Part shown: positions 1-10,040 of the stretch, piece after piece
How positions within the stretch are numbered: the first letter of the stretch is position 1
Layout: every line of letters begins with the position of its first letter
Assembly: GCA_934271465.1 (NCBI GenBank)
Contig: CAKQRQ010000007.1
Span: forward strand, 14,858 to 78,857
Source of the DNA: an uncultured Alphaproteobacteria bacterium
GTDB taxonomy: Bacteria > Pseudomonadota > Alphaproteobacteria > RF32 > CAG-239
Reading direction: 5' to 3'
DNA: 64,000 nt
The notes under the pieces: model-generated
Database searches by the model: none
Told to the model about the DNA's origin: nothing
What the model saw: only the letters and a program-made list of their open reading frames with translations
Position numbers and translations under genes: made by a program

Positions 1-1173
1 ACATCACGTCTAAGATTCCAAGCTTTTGATTATCGCAACTATGCCTCTGTTGAAAGTTACTACTACGATATGCTCAGCTACAATCTGCAAAAAAGCAACC
101 GTCCTTATGTTCTGCCGATTATGGGGTATGAAAACTACTCCGCTCCGGATCGTTACGGAGCCTACACCAAAACAGTGCTCAATGCAGCCTCTGTTTACCA
201 CAAAGAAGATGATTCGACACAGCGCTTAACAATGATTAACTCTTGGAATTTACCATATACAAGCCCCTATGGCGAAAAGTATAAGTTGTCGGCATCATTA
301 AAATCTGACTTATACTATATTGATCGCTATCTGAACCCCGAAAACGAGGTTTATTCGGGAACAACGGCGCGTATCATCCCTCAAATCGGACTGGAGTGGC
401 GGCTGCCTTTTATCAAAAACACAACCAACACTTCTCAAATTCTTGAACCGATTATTGTTGCCGCTGTGGCCCCGAACCAAGACAATCAGCCGGATAAAAT
501 TCCTAATGAAGACAGTCAAGACATTGAATTAACAGACGTCAACATTTTTGATTTGGACAGATATTCCGGATACGATCGAAACGATACCGGAAGCCGCGTC
601 AGCTATGGACTTAACTGGAGTGCTTATGACAAGAAATGGGGACGTACAGCCTTTTTACTCGCTCAAACTTATGAATTCAACCAAGAAGATAATCTGCTCA
701 ATCAGGCAAACGAAACAAGCCATTTATCAGATTATATCGGCCGCGTCTATGCCGCCCCGAGCAATTATTTCAATATGAATTATCGTTTCAAAATAGATAA
801 AGATGATTTTAAAGTAAATTACAGCGAACTGTCCGCCTCTGCCGGAAGTGATGTCTTAAGGTTATACACTTCTTACATTTTCTTTCCAGAGGCTGATAAC
901 ACATCTTTGTTAGACTCATCTCGTCGACAAGAAATTTATTTATCTCTGCAATCAAAAATAACCCGCAACTGGTCAGCTCAAATTTTCACACGAGAAGATT
1001 TAGTTAACAAAAAAGCAATCTCTCATGGCGGCGGAATCACCTATGAAGATGAATGTGCCAAATTTTCATTCAGCGCCGAAAAAGAATACTCGGAAGATCC
1101 TTCGGCTGACAACGATATTACCTTTTACTTCTCATTTTTCTTAAAAACCCTCGGCGGGGTTGGAACAAATTAA
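1..1173 (+). CDS. lptD: LPS-assembly outer-membrane protein LptD, C-terminal part. The gene starts before the window; frame 1 is open from position 1.
   Basis: The translation has a beta-barrel-like composition with alternating aromatic residues and a C-terminal aromatic tail. It lies directly upstream of surA and rsmA, which is the conserved lptD-surA-(pdxA)-rsmA order. No stop codon occurs between position 1 and the listed Met at 70. Confidence 0.7.
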   Translation, partial: TSRLRFQAFDYRNYASVESYYYDMLSYNLQKSNRPYVLPIMGYENYSAPDRYGAYTKTVLNAASVYHKEDDSTQRLTMINSWNLPYTSPYGEKYKLSASLKSDLYYIDRYLNPENEVYSGTTARIIPQIGLEWRLPFIKNTTNTSQILEPIIVAAVAPNQDNQPDKIPNEDSQDIELTDVNIFDLDRYSGYDRNDTGSRVSYGLNWSAYDKKWGRTAFLLAQTYEFNQEDNLLNQANETSHLSDYIGRVYAAPSNYFNMNYRFKIDKDDFKVNYSELSASAGSDVLRLYTSYIFFPEADNTSLLDSSRRQEIYLSLQSKITRNWSAQIFTREDLVNKKAISHGGGITYEDECAKFSFSAEKEYSEDPSADNDITFYFSFFLKTLGGVGTN

Positions 1174-1188
1174 CACAAGGAGCCTAAA

Positions 1189-2091
1189 ATGAAAAAACTG
1201 ATTTTAAGTTTATTGATAAGCCTAAGCATTACTACTCAAGCCGCTGCCGATTCCGTCAAAATTGCAGCTCTTATCAACGGTGAAATTATCTCAACAGAAG
1301 ATATTTCCGATCAAATTGACATTTTTATGGTATCCTCGCCGATTCCGTTCAATGCCGATACCCAAGAGATGATTACCCGCCGAGTTCTGGCACAGGCCGT
1401 TGAGCTCAAGCTCAAGAATCAAGCTGCCGAAAAAGAAGGAATTTCAGTCTCTGAAGAAGAAATTAATCAACAATTAAATCAATGGGCAAAAAAGAATAAC
1501 ACAACTCTTTCCGCCTTAAAAAACAGAGGAATTAACAAAGCAGCCTTGGCCGCCAATGTTAAAGCGGAATTAGCATGGATTAAACTGATTCGAAAAAAAT
1601 ATTACCAAACAGGCTCCCTCACTCAAAAAGAAATCAACGAAACAATTGAGGAAGTAACCAAAGATATGAGCGTCAAAAAATATCAGGTTTTGGAAATTTT
1701 TATCAAAAAAGAAAATGCCACAGGTATAGAGCAATTGGTCGAAAAATTACGGGAAGATTCGCGTTTTGAATTGTATGCGGCGCGCTTTTCTGAAGCCCCG
1801 TCAGCTGCCAATGGCGGAAATTTAGGATGGATAAACTCTGGAAAAATGCTTTCGGCCCTTGAAATGCGTCTTTCCAAGATGTCTCCGGGTGAAGTCAGCG
1901 ACGCGATTCTCATAGGCAACGGCTATTATATTTTGAAATTGTTGCAGGTCTTTGATCCGGCTCAAAACCCAGACTTCACGCCCAATCAGGAAGAAATAAA
2001 AGTCCTGCTTGAGAATCAAAAAATGGAAGCCATCTCTAAAAAACTTCTTCAAAATCTGAAACAAAAAGCCATTATCGAAATTAATCAGTAA
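1189..2091 (+). CDS. surA: SurA-like periplasmic chaperone / peptidyl-prolyl isomerase. It is short and probably has a single parvulin domain.
   Basis: There is an N-terminal signal peptide (MKKLILSLLISLSITTQAAA). The SurA N-domain-like helical region is followed by a parvulin-like segment (GGNLGWINSGKM...GEVSDAI). Its position between lptD and rsmA fits. Confidence 0.65.
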   Translation: MKKLILSLLISLSITTQAAADSVKIAALINGEIISTEDISDQIDIFMVSSPIPFNADTQEMITRRVLAQAVELKLKNQAAEKEGISVSEEEINQQLNQWAKKNNTTLSALKNRGINKAALAANVKAELAWIKLIRKKYYQTGSLTQKEINETIEEVTKDMSVKKYQVLEIFIKKENATGIEQLVEKLREDSRFELYAARFSEAPSAANGGNLGWINSGKMLSALEMRLSKMSPGEVSDAILIGNGYYILKLLQVFDPAQNPDFTPNQEEIKVLLENQKMEAISKKLLQNLKQKAIIEINQ

Positions 2092-2101
2092 GAGCTCGAA
2101 A

Positions 2102-2950
2102 ATGGATATAAAAACAGCCATCAACACATTACCGTCTCTCAGAGTTACGGTCGAAGCACATGGCCTTTTGGCAAAAAAAGCCTTAGGACAGAATTTTCTG
2201 TTGGATAAAAATATAACAGATAAAATCATCGCCTTATCGCTCAAGAATCAAAAGTTGGAATCTTTTGCTGGCGCACATTTATTTGAAGTCGGCCCTGGCC
2301 CAGGAGGATTAACGCGTTCTGCTCTACAAGAAAGTCCCCAAAAGATGACAGTTATTGAGCTGGATGAACGCTGCATCAATATTTTGCAGGACATTCAATC
2401 CAAAACGGGAAATATTCTTGAGATTATCAATGCTGATGCCTTAATGTATGATTTTTCAAAGCCGGAAAATTTACCCAAACACATTGTTTCAAACCTGCCT
2501 TACAATATTTCAGTTCCGCTTTTAACAAAATGGCTGAACGAGATTAGGGCTTATGCGTCTATGACTTTGATGTTTCAAAAAGAAGTTGCCGACAGGATTA
2601 TGGCGCCCATCAGGACAAAAGATTACGGCAGACTATCTGTTCTGGCTCAGCTTCAATGTCACATCACTAAATTATTTGATCTCAATCCGGAATGTTTCAC
2701 CCCCGCGCCAAAGGTTTGGTCAAGCGTTTTATTATTCACCCCCAAAGAAACCTCTTTGACAAAAACAGAAATCAAAAAACTTGAATCCTTAACATCTCAA
2801 GTCTTTTCCATGCGCCGGAAGATGATTCGTCAAAGTCTTAAAAACATCAGCAACTTGGAATCTTTATGTGCTGAAGTCGGAATAAAGACAAATATGCGCC
2901 CTGAAGAAATTTCACCGGAACAATTTTTAGCTCTGGCGCAGCGCTTGTAA
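2102..2950 (+). CDS. rsmA: 16S rRNA (adenine1518/1519-N6)-dimethyltransferase RsmA/KsgA
   Basis: LGQNFLLDKNI is the KsgA signature. A SAM-binding motif (EVGPGPGGLT) and the NLPYNIS motif are both present. Confidence 0.9.
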   Translation: MDIKTAINTLPSLRVTVEAHGLLAKKALGQNFLLDKNITDKIIALSLKNQKLESFAGAHLFEVGPGPGGLTRSALQESPQKMTVIELDERCINILQDIQSKTGNILEIINADALMYDFSKPENLPKHIVSNLPYNISVPLLTKWLNEIRAYASMTLMFQKEVADRIMAPIRTKDYGRLSVLAQLQCHITKLFDLNPECFTPAPKVWSSVLLFTPKETSLTKTEIKKLESLTSQVFSMRRKMIRQSLKNISNLESLCAEVGIKTNMRPEEISPEQFLALAQRL

Positions 2951-2993
2951 GAATAGACTTTAAGCTTATATCAATAGATAAGGAGTTTCAAAA

Positions 2994-3443
2994 ATGCTTG
3001 ACGCCCAAAAGTTACAAGAGCTGAAAGACAAAAACATTTTGTCAGAAGAAGAACTAGTTGAAGAAAAACATCGCCTAGCGGCCCGAATCTTACACAAAGA
3101 AACCAAACCGGCCGCAAAAAACGGCATTGTCTATATTCTGTTGGCTTTTTTCTTAGGGGCCATCGGTATCCATAACTTATATGCAAAATATTGGAAACGA
3201 GGATTCTTTCAGTTCTTTTTAGCTCTAATTTCGCCTTACATGCTATTCATTCCGTTAATATTTACAGGATTCTGGGCATTACTGGAACTTTTATTTGTAA
3301 ACCGAGGCCCCGATGGAACCTTATTCTCTGGAAACAGGCGGATTATATGGCTTTTAAGGGTATTCGCCGTCCTGTCCGTTGTATGGTTTGCCTCATCGAC
3401 AGATATGGTTGTGCAAGATGTTAATCTGGATATTATGGAATAA
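2994..3443 (+). CDS. TM2-domain membrane protein
   Basis: There are two TM helices with the conserved G-x-x-G-x-H-x-[FY]-Y core (FFLGAIGIHNLYAKYWKRG) that is typical of TM2 domains. Confidence 0.55.
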   Translation: MLDAQKLQELKDKNILSEEELVEEKHRLAARILHKETKPAAKNGIVYILLAFFLGAIGIHNLYAKYWKRGFFQFFLALISPYMLFIPLIFTGFWALLELLFVNRGPDGTLFSGNRRIIWLLRVFAVLSVVWFASSTDMVVQDVNLDIME

Positions 3444-3508
3444 TTTAAATTTTTTATAAAAAATGCTTGCAAAATAAAAAATATATGCTAATTATCATTT
3501 CACATGAT

Positions 3509-3584
3509 GCGGGTATAGCTCAGGGGTAGAGCGCAACCTTGCCAAGGTTGATGTCGTGGGTCCGAATCCCATTGCCCGCTCCAT
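3509..3584 (+). tRNA. tRNA-Gly (GCC)
   Basis: It folds as a cloverleaf with a GCGGGTA/TGCCCGC acceptor stem, a D-arm AGCTCAGGGGTAGAGC, an anticodon loop CTTGCCAAG (anticodon GCC), a T-arm GGGTCCGAATCCC and an encoded CCA. Confidence 0.85.
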
Positions 3585-3596
3585 TTAAAACAAAAA

Positions 3597-3628
3597 ATGC
3601 TCCCTTACGGAGCTTTTTTTGTTTTAAA
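3597..3628 (+). terminator. Rho-independent terminator downstream of tRNA-Gly
   Basis: The hairpin GCTCC-cttac-GGAGC is followed by a run of seven T. Confidence 0.55.
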
Positions 3629-3648
3629 CTCAAACATTCATCATCCAC

Positions 3649-3702
3649 AACAAAACCCGCCACAAGGCGGGTTTTGTTGTCAATGGCGGATAGACAGGGA
3701 TT
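3649..3702 (-). repeat. Degenerate duplicate of the terminator hairpin plus the last ~19 nt (3' acceptor/T-arm end) of tRNA-Ser
   Basis: It reads aaacccgccacaaggcgggttttgttgtcaaTGGCGGATAGACAGGGATT. The copy at 3832..3888 reads aaacccaccacaagggcaggtttcgtgttttaaTGGCGGATAGACAGGGATT. The 19 nt identical to the tRNA 3' end are preceded by a related strong hairpin. Confidence 0.6.
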
Positions 3703-3869
3703 ACTCAGCGCTAAAGCTTGAGTTGCACAGGCGCTCATCAGCTAAAGCTGACCGCGATACCCCCGTATCGCTTTCGCTGGTAGTCGAACCCTTTTCTCCA
3801 GGGTTCAAATTCCACTCTCCACAGATTTAAAACACGAAACCCACCACAAGGGCAGGTTTCGTGTTTTAA

Positions 3870-3960
3870 TGGCGGATAGACAGGGATTCGAACCCTGGAT
3901 ACCCTTTGGAGGTATACACGATTTCCAATCGTGCGCCTTCGACCACTCGGCCATCTATCC
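3870..3960 (-). tRNA. tRNA-Ser (GGA), type II with a long variable arm
   Basis: The reverse complement is GGATAGATGGCCGAGTGGTCGAAGGCGCACGATTGGAAATCGTGTATACCTCCAAAGGGTATCCAGGGTTCGAATCCCTGTCTATCCGCCA. The anticodon loop is TTGGAAA (GGA). A long extra arm and an encoded CCA are present. A 10 bp stem terminator follows at 3832..3865. Confidence 0.85.
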
Positions 3961-4128
3961 ATCAAAATATCTGCCTTAACTTATCAAATATATTTTATTT
4001 GGCAACAAAAAAATGACATCAAACGCACAAATTTTTCCACTGCCTTGTAATTAACCTTTCCTTAAATTAAATAATGTAGTATCTAAATAATAGAAATACT
4101 CAAAAAAGCTTGCTTTTTATATTATTGT

Positions 4129-4530
4129 ATGCTAGTAAAACCCTTACAAAACTATGGATTACTTTGCAAAATGATAATTGATAGTCACAATAAAAAGCAA
4201 AGAAGCATTCTGACAAATAAATGCTTCTATCAGACAACCGCTCGAATTATGCAAAATTTCGAGAAAAAAGGTTACGCCAATTCAGCTGATGAAACAGCCA
4301 AAGCTATTTCCGCTTATCATGCCATTGTCAAAAAGAAAACAAAAAATAATTTCAATGCAGATTATAATGAAGCATTTCGTTGTATAGACACAGCAATTCA
4401 ATCTCTGGCCAATCAAGTTTTCTATGATTGTGATAAAAAAAGCCTCGACAATGCCTATCATTCTTTCGAACAATTCGACCATATTTCAGCCATCGTCACG
4501 CGCCAGCGCACAAAAAAAGGCTTTTTTTAG
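4129..4530 (+). CDS. Hypothetical protein
   Basis: The ORF is 133 aa in an AT-rich intergenic block beside the tRNA cluster. I recognise no motif. The start codon is uncertain. Confidence 0.3.
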   Translation: MLVKPLQNYGLLCKMIIDSHNKKQRSILTNKCFYQTTARIMQNFEKKGYANSADETAKAISAYHAIVKKKTKNNFNADYNEAFRCIDTAIQSLANQVFYDCDKKSLDNAYHSFEQFDHISAIVTRQRTKKGFF

Positions 4531-4636
4531 TCCATTTATTTCAAACTTTGCACATTCCCTTTTTCAATAAAGTTGCAAAAACATAAGTTTTAGAGTAAAC
4601 AATATTTATAACCGTAACTTTAAGGATTAAAACTCC

Positions 4637-5611
4637 ATGAAAAATATATCGTTAATCGGCTGCGGCCGTTGGGGAACATTTTTGGGCTGGTATGCTGCCA
4701 ACTACAACAAAGCTGACGAAGTCTGGATGTATGATATTCCGACATCGCCCAATTTTATTGAACTCAAAAATACGCGCAAAAACCCGTATTTGTCCCTGAG
4801 TGATAATATGATTTTATTTGACAATCTGGCAAAAGTCCTTGAAAACGACTTTATCATTATCTCCATCGGATGCCAATATTTCAGAGGCCTTTGCAAAGAG
4901 CTCAATGCCTATAACCTCTCCGGAAAGACTTTCCTTTTGGCCATGAAAGGCCTTGAAGAGCCCTCCGGCGAACGGATGCTTGAGATTATGCGCACTGAAA
5001 TTAAACAGCCCATTCACATTGCCACCTTAGGCGGTCCCGGACATGTTCAGGATTATATGAAAGGCGTTCCTTCTGCTGCTGTTATTGACAGCGACGAAGA
5101 AGCAACCAAAGATTTCGTCGTCAATTTGATGTCTAGCTCGCTCATCCGTTTGTATTACGGAAACGATCTCATCGGCAACCAAATCGGCGCCGCAATGAAA
5201 AACGTTATAGGTTTGGCCGCCGGAATTTTGGATGGCTTGGAATGGTATGGACTCAAAGGCGCTTTAATGGCACGAGCACCGATTGAAGTCGGCCGCCTGA
5301 TTAAACACTTTGGCGGCAATCCTATGACGGCTTACGGTCTGTCCCACTTGGGCGACTATGAAGCAACTCTCTTTTCCAAAAACAGCCACAATCGTATGTT
5401 TGGCGAAAAATTTGCCCGCGGCGAAGATTTTGGAAAATTGGCCGAAGGCGTTCCGACACTCAAGGCTGTCAAACACCTGTCCGATACCTACAATATTGAT
5501 ATGCCTATTTCTCAAGCACTTTATCAAGCCATTTACGAAAAAGGCAACATCAAAGAAATTATCGGAAAATTATTTGAACGTTCGCTCAAAAAAGAATTTG
5601 ATAACATATAG
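4637..5611 (+). CDS. gpsA: NAD(P)H-dependent glycerol-3-phosphate dehydrogenase (GpsA family, divergent)
   Basis: The N-terminal Rossmann motif is IGCGRWGTFLG. GAAMKNVIGLAAGI matches the GpsA GAxKNVIAIGAG motif. A C-terminal GLSHLGDYEATLFSKNSHNRMFG matches GLGDLVLTCTxxxSRNRRFG. Confidence 0.75.
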   Translation: MKNISLIGCGRWGTFLGWYAANYNKADEVWMYDIPTSPNFIELKNTRKNPYLSLSDNMILFDNLAKVLENDFIIISIGCQYFRGLCKELNAYNLSGKTFLLAMKGLEEPSGERMLEIMRTEIKQPIHIATLGGPGHVQDYMKGVPSAAVIDSDEEATKDFVVNLMSSSLIRLYYGNDLIGNQIGAAMKNVIGLAAGILDGLEWYGLKGALMARAPIEVGRLIKHFGGNPMTAYGLSHLGDYEATLFSKNSHNRMFGEKFARGEDFGKLAEGVPTLKAVKHLSDTYNIDMPISQALYQAIYEKGNIKEIIGKLFERSLKKEFDNI

Positions 5612-5614
5612 TCC

Positions 5615-5646
5615 AAAGCCCCGAACCCAATCGGGGCTTTATTTTT
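5615..5646. terminator. Bidirectional rho-independent terminator between gpsA and chrA
   Basis: The sequence AAAGCCCCGaacccaatCGGGGCTTT is flanked by A and T runs. Confidence 0.6.
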
Positions 5647-5652
5647 AAGCTT

Positions 5653-6171
5653 TTACATCTGAAAAATGATACCTAAAACCGCCGCCAAACAAATATACAA
5701 AATCGGGCTTTTTTTCCAAATACGTATCATTGCCAAAAAAGCCGCAAAAAATAACAATTCCGCGCTTCCCGTTAAAGCGATTTTTGCAATCTGCAGCCCC
5801 GCAAACAAAATCAGCGCCAACACCGCCGGTCTGATTCCGCCCAAAATATTTTGAACCCGAACATTGCAACTGTATTTAGCCATCATTTTCGCAATCAAAA
5901 TCATAATAACCACCGACGGAAAAACCAATCCAACCGTTGCAAAAAAACCTCCGACAAAACCGGCTGCACTAAATCCTGCAAATGTTGCCATATTAATCCC
6001 GATAGGCCCCGGTGTTGATTCCGACACAGCTATCATGTTTGTCAATTCTGTCATCGAAAACCAGTCAAACCGCTGAGATAAATCAAACAAAAACGGAATG
6101 GTAACCAAACCGCCGCCGATGGCAAAAAGTCCTATCTTAAAAAATTCAAAAAATAAAATACCATATATCAT
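5653..6171 (-). CDS. chrA: Chromate transporter, CHR family (short-chain half)
   Basis: The motif FKIGLFAIGGGLVTIPF is characteristic of the CHR family. It pairs with the adjacent second half, whose stop codon overlaps the start. Confidence 0.75.
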   Translation of the reverse strand: MIYGILFFEFFKIGLFAIGGGLVTIPFLFDLSQRFDWFSMTELTNMIAVSESTPGPIGINMATFAGFSAAGFVGGFFATVGLVFPSVVIMILIAKMMAKYSCNVRVQNILGGIRPAVLALILFAGLQIAKIALTGSAELLFFAAFLAMIRIWKKSPILYICLAAVLGIIFQM

Positions 6172-6710
6172 TGTCTTTTTCTCTTAATTTCGCCAACAAC
6201 AAGCCCCATACTTCCGGCTATCAATACAACAACAACCGCCGATAAATGACAAGCAGCGCACAAAGCCAGCGCACCGGCAAAAATAATGCCATCCGTATAA
6301 TTTTTAACATTTTTCCGAGCCAAATTATAAACAACATCGACAATCAACGCCACAATACAAATCCGAATTCCCGCAAACGCATAAGCCACATACCTGTTAT
6401 CCATAAACTTCCTCAAAACAGACGCCACCAACAGGATAATGCAAACAGACGGAGCAACAATACCGATTGTTGTCACAATTGCCCCGATAACCCCGCGCCT
6501 GATATAGCCGATATAAGTTGCCACATTTACAGCAATAACCCCTGGAGTGCATTGCCCGATAGAATACAAATCTAAAAGCTCTTGCTCAGTCACAAAACGA
6601 CGCTTATCGACAATTTCGGCCTTCAGCAGCGGAAGCATCGCATACCCACCGCCAAACGTAAACAAGCCTATCTTAAAAAACAAGCAAAACAGTTTCCATA
6701 ACTCTTTCAT
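6168..6710 (-). CDS. chrA: Chromate transporter, CHR family (short-chain half)
   Basis: The motif FKIGLFTFGGGYAMLPLL is present, with translational coupling to the downstream half. Confidence 0.75.
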   Translation of the reverse strand: MKELWKLFCLFFKIGLFTFGGGYAMLPLLKAEIVDKRRFVTEQELLDLYSIGQCTPGVIAVNVATYIGYIRRGVIGAIVTTIGIVAPSVCIILLVASVLRKFMDNRYVAYAFAGIRICIVALIVDVVYNLARKNVKNYTDGIIFAGALALCAACHLSAVVVVLIAGSMGLVVGEIKRKRQ

Positions 6711-6801
6711 CAGAAAATCTCTCCGTCACATTGTCATCCAGACAACAACTGATTATATATCTATTTGGTTTTATAATCGTTAACAAACACCGGAGAAAAA
6801 A

Positions 6802-7812
6802 ATGATTATCGGCATCCTCAAAGAGGCTTTTCCAAAAGAAACGCGCGTTGCGGCCACACCTCAAACAACCTCTGCCTTCAAAAAAGCCGGATTTGACATT
6901 TGGGTAGAGCAATCTGCAGGAATCAATGCCGGTTTTGATGACGCTTTCTTCAAACAAGCAGGCGCCCAAATCAAAAAAGACAAAAAAGAAATCTTAAGAA
7001 ATGCCGATATTATCCTTAAAATCAACGCCCCAGACAAAGATGAAGCCATCCTTTATAAACCCCAAACGGTTCTTATCGGCAATCTTCAAAATTTGACACC
7101 TCAGACTTTTGAAGAACTCAAAAAAAAGCTCATAACCTGCTTTGCGCTTGAAAAAATGCCGCGCATCTCCCGAGCTCAACCCTTTGATATTCTATCCTCC
7201 CAAAACAACCTTGCCGGTTATCAGGCTGTCATCAAAGCCGCTTCTTTATCCCAAAAATCTTTCCCGATGATGATTACTTCAGCTGGGACGCTTCCCCCGA
7301 TTAAAGTCCTTGTCACAGGCATTGGCGTTGCCGGACTTCAGGCCATTGCCACAGCCAAACGCCTCGGCGCAAAAGTCTACGCCTATGATATCCGAGAAGA
7401 GGCCAAAGAACAAAGCCAGTCATTAGGAGCCGTATTTATCGAAAACATCAAATCTTTTTTACCCGAAACCGATATATTAATAACATCAGCATTCAGCACC
7501 GGAAAAAAAGCCCCATTACTAATAAAAAAGACTGATATCGATTCTATGCCCTCAGGTGCCGTCCTCATAGATATGGCTGCCGAATTTGGCGGAAACATTG
7601 AAGGCTCAATCAATGGACAAACAATTTTCCATCAATCAAAATTAATTGACGGAAACAGCCGCCTCGAAACTGAAATTCCGATGTCTGCAAGCACTTTATT
7701 CGCAAATAACTTGTTAAACTTTGTCAATTTTTTGACTTCAAATGCAACAGACAAAATCTCCGCCGATATGACGGATCCGCTTCTCAAAGAAACCTGCATC
7801 ATGAAAGGATAA
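6802..7812 (+). CDS. pntAA: NAD(P) transhydrogenase subunit alpha part 1 (PntAA, dI domain)
   Basis: The alanine dehydrogenase/PNT N-domain ([18 protein letters not shown]) and the NAD-binding [18 protein letters not shown] motif are present. Two small downstream genes complete a split three-gene pnt. Confidence 0.85.
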   Translation: MIIGILKEAFPKETRVAATPQTTSAFKKAGFDIWVEQSAGINAGFDDAFFKQAGAQIKKDKKEILRNADIILKINAPDKDEAILYKPQTVLIGNLQNLTPQTFEELKKKLITCFALEKMPRISRAQPFDILSSQNNLAGYQAVIKAASLSQKSFPMMITSAGTLPPIKVLVTGIGVAGLQAIATAKRLGAKVYAYDIREEAKEQSQSLGAVFIENIKSFLPETDILITSAFSTGKKAPLLIKKTDIDSMPSGAVLIDMAAEFGGNIEGSINGQTIFHQSKLIDGNSRLETEIPMSASTLFANNLLNFVNFLTSNATDKISADMTDPLLKETCIMKG

Positions 7813-7816
7813 CAGC

Positions 7817-8104
7817 ATGGATATCTGGGCGCTTTTAACAATTTTCATACTAGCTTGTTTTGTCGGATACTTTGTCGTTTGGGGCGTCACACCGGCTTTG
7901 CACTCTCCATTGATGAGCGTCTCCAACGCCATCTCAGGCATTATCATCTTAGGTGCACTTCTAGCCCTCAAACACAGTTCTTCAGAGGTCGATTCCATTT
8001 TGTCCTACATTGCTTGTTTCTTGGCCTCCGTTAACATTTTCGGAGGCTTTGCCGTTTCGCAGCGCATGCTGGAAATGTTCAAATCCAAGGAGAAGAAAAA
8101 ATGA
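7817..8104 (+). CDS. pntAB: NAD(P) transhydrogenase subunit alpha part 2 (PntAB, membrane dII alpha portion)
   Basis: It is 95 aa with three TM helices, sits between pntAA and pntB, and overlaps pntB by 4 nt. Confidence 0.8.
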   Translation: MDIWALLTIFILACFVGYFVVWGVTPALHSPLMSVSNAISGIIILGALLALKHSSSEVDSILSYIACFLASVNIFGGFAVSQRMLEMFKSKEKKK

Positions 8105-9456
8105 ATATTTTAATAAATATTTCCAACCTCACAGCCTGTATTTTCCTCATCTTGGCCATTCGTTCTCTAGCCTCACCTCAAAGAGCGCGGCGAGGCAATC
8201 TCATCGGAATAACAGGCCTCGGACTGGCCTTAGCAACTTCTTTTTTCTCACTTGACCTTCCTCGACCGACAACAACATTCATCATTATCCTACTCGGTGC
8301 ATACAGTGGAATTTATGCCGCACTTAAGGTCAAAATACAAAATCTTCCTCAAATGATTGCGGCATTTAACGGTCTTGGCGGACTGGCTGCCGTCTGTATT
8401 GCTCTGGCCGAAATTATAGCCGATTCACCGCAGCTTTTTGATAACATACTCGGACTGATTGTCGGCGGAATAGCCTTTTCAGGATCATTAGTAGCTTTTG
8501 CAAAGCTACAGGGGCTCATCACGACAAAACCTATCCGCATACCATTTCAGACAAAACTGACGGCATCTCTGGCTGCTGGCATTATCATTTTGAGCGCTCT
8601 GTTTCTTGCTGGCAGCACGCCGTTTCTGTTTTATCTGACAGGCATCCTTGTTATTCTTTTAGGTGTTTTTCTTGTTCTACCGGTCGGCGGTGCGGATATG
8701 CCCGTGATTATCTCAATCCTGAATGCCTGCTCCGGTTGGGCTGCCGTCGGCATCGGCCTGTCATTTAACAACACACTACTCATTATTGTCGGAACAATTG
8801 TCGGCGCCAGTGGCTCCATACTGGCCTATATCATGATGAAAGCAATGAATCGGTCGTTTATAGATATTTTATCCGGCGGACTTTTAGATAAGTCCCCCTC
8901 CTCAACTTCTGCCACCGCGCACCAAACAGCCCGCACAGGATCGCCGGCGGATGCTGCCTTTATTATGGAAAATGCCAACAAAATCATTATCGTCCCCGGA
9001 TTCGGAATGGCCGCAGCCCAAGCCCAACACAGTCTTAAAGCTCTTGCCGACACTCTTGTCAAAAAATATCATGCCAACGTCAAATTTGCAATTCATCCTG
9101 TTGCCGGTCGCATGCCCGGACACATGAATGTCTTACTTGCAGAAGCAAATATCGATTATAAAGATGTTTACGAAATGGCCGACATCAACACCGAATTTTC
9201 ATCAGCCGATGTCGCCTACATCATCGGTGCAAACGACATCACAAACCCGCTCGCCAAAACAGATGCGTCTTCGCCGATTTACGGTATGCCCGTCTTAGAT
9301 GTTGAAAAAGCCAAAACAGTTTTCTTTGTCAAACGATCTCTCAACAGCGGCTATTCGGGAATAGACAACCCACTTTTTTATGCGCCAAACACCATTATGC
9401 TTTACGGTGACGCTAAAGAAATTACCGAACAGATTGTCAAGAATCTTGAAAATTAA
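8101..9456 (+). CDS. pntB: NAD(P) transhydrogenase subunit beta (PntB)
   Basis: An N-terminal polytopic membrane domain is followed by the dIII NADP(H)-binding domain ([15 protein letters not shown]...GANDITNP). Confidence 0.9.
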   Translation: MNILINISNLTACIFLILAIRSLASPQRARRGNLIGITGLGLALATSFFSLDLPRPTTTFIIILLGAYSGIYAALKVKIQNLPQMIAAFNGLGGLAAVCIALAEIIADSPQLFDNILGLIVGGIAFSGSLVAFAKLQGLITTKPIRIPFQTKLTASLAAGIIILSALFLAGSTPFLFYLTGILVILLGVFLVLPVGGADMPVIISILNACSGWAAVGIGLSFNNTLLIIVGTIVGASGSILAYIMMKAMNRSFIDILSGGLLDKSPSSTSATAHQTARTGSPADAAFIMENANKIIIVPGFGMAAAQAQHSLKALADTLVKKYHANVKFAIHPVAGRMPGHMNVLLAEANIDYKDVYEMADINTEFSSADVAYIIGANDITNPLAKTDASSPIYGMPVLDVEKAKTVFFVKRSLNSGYSGIDNPLFYAPNTIMLYGDAKEITEQIVKNLEN

Positions 9457-9458
9457 GC

Positions 9459-10040
9459 CTATTTAACCTTTGAAGAAATTATCTCCGCCATTGTCCGGCT
9501 CATCTCGGCAAGCATTTTGCTCTCCGCAGACACATAGTCGTCAAAAGATTTTCCAATAGGTTCTTCCAATGTTACTTTCTGCCGATACAACGTCTGCCCG
9601 TTAGCCCCATATAAATACCACCAAGCCTCCAAAACAGCCTTTTGTCCGGCAATCATATCAAAGCGCACTATTTGAATTTCAGCCAGATAATCAAACCGCT
9701 CGCTTAGTAAAACCTGCGATTTAACCATAGCCTCCGGCAACAAAAGCGCCATATCTGCAACAACTGTCCGACGAATCATAGACTCAAGAGGCTCTCCCCA
9801 ACGCTGGAGTTCTGAAATACTCATCTGCGGCGAATTTTCTTCCATCACAATAATCTGCGGCTTATCCAAATAATCCGGCAAACTGACCTCTTCAATCCCC
9901 AAAGAAAACTTTTTAGCGCTGACCGCTGCAAGATTGCTTTCCGCCTGCAATTGATAAAACCGGCTTGTAGGGCTGTATCCGCCAAAACACCCTCCGATAA
10001 AAAGCCCAAATATCATACAAAAAACTGTCTTTTTCATCAT
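9459..10040 (-). CDS. ABC-type transport auxiliary lipoprotein (PqiC/YmbA-like, DUF330-type)
   Basis: There is a lipoprotein signal (LFIGGC). It is the last gene of the MCE transporter operon. The length and position match PqiC-like auxiliary components. Confidence 0.55.
   Translation of the reverse strand: MMKKTVFCMIFGLFIGGCFGGYSPTSRFYQLQAESNLAAVSAKKFSLGIEEVSLPDYLDKPQIIVMEENSPQMSISELQRWGEPLESMIRRTVVADMALLLPEAMVKSQVLLSERFDYLAEIQIVRFDMIAGQKAVLEAWWYLYGANGQTLYRQKVTLEEPIGKSFDDYVSAESKMLAEMSRTMAEIISSKVK

Noticed and set aside
3706-3836. Possible tmRNA (ssrA, including the permuted two-piece alphaproteobacterial form) on the minus strand, ending in ...TCTATCCGCCA after internal hairpins
   Set aside because: The 3' end is identical to the tRNA-Ser acceptor end, not a tRNA-Ala-like acceptor with G3-U70. 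I found no tag reading frame ending in ALAA or AVAA in any frame, and no T-arm of the GGTTCGANTCC type in the right place. It is better explained as a duplicated tRNA-Ser 3' fragment.
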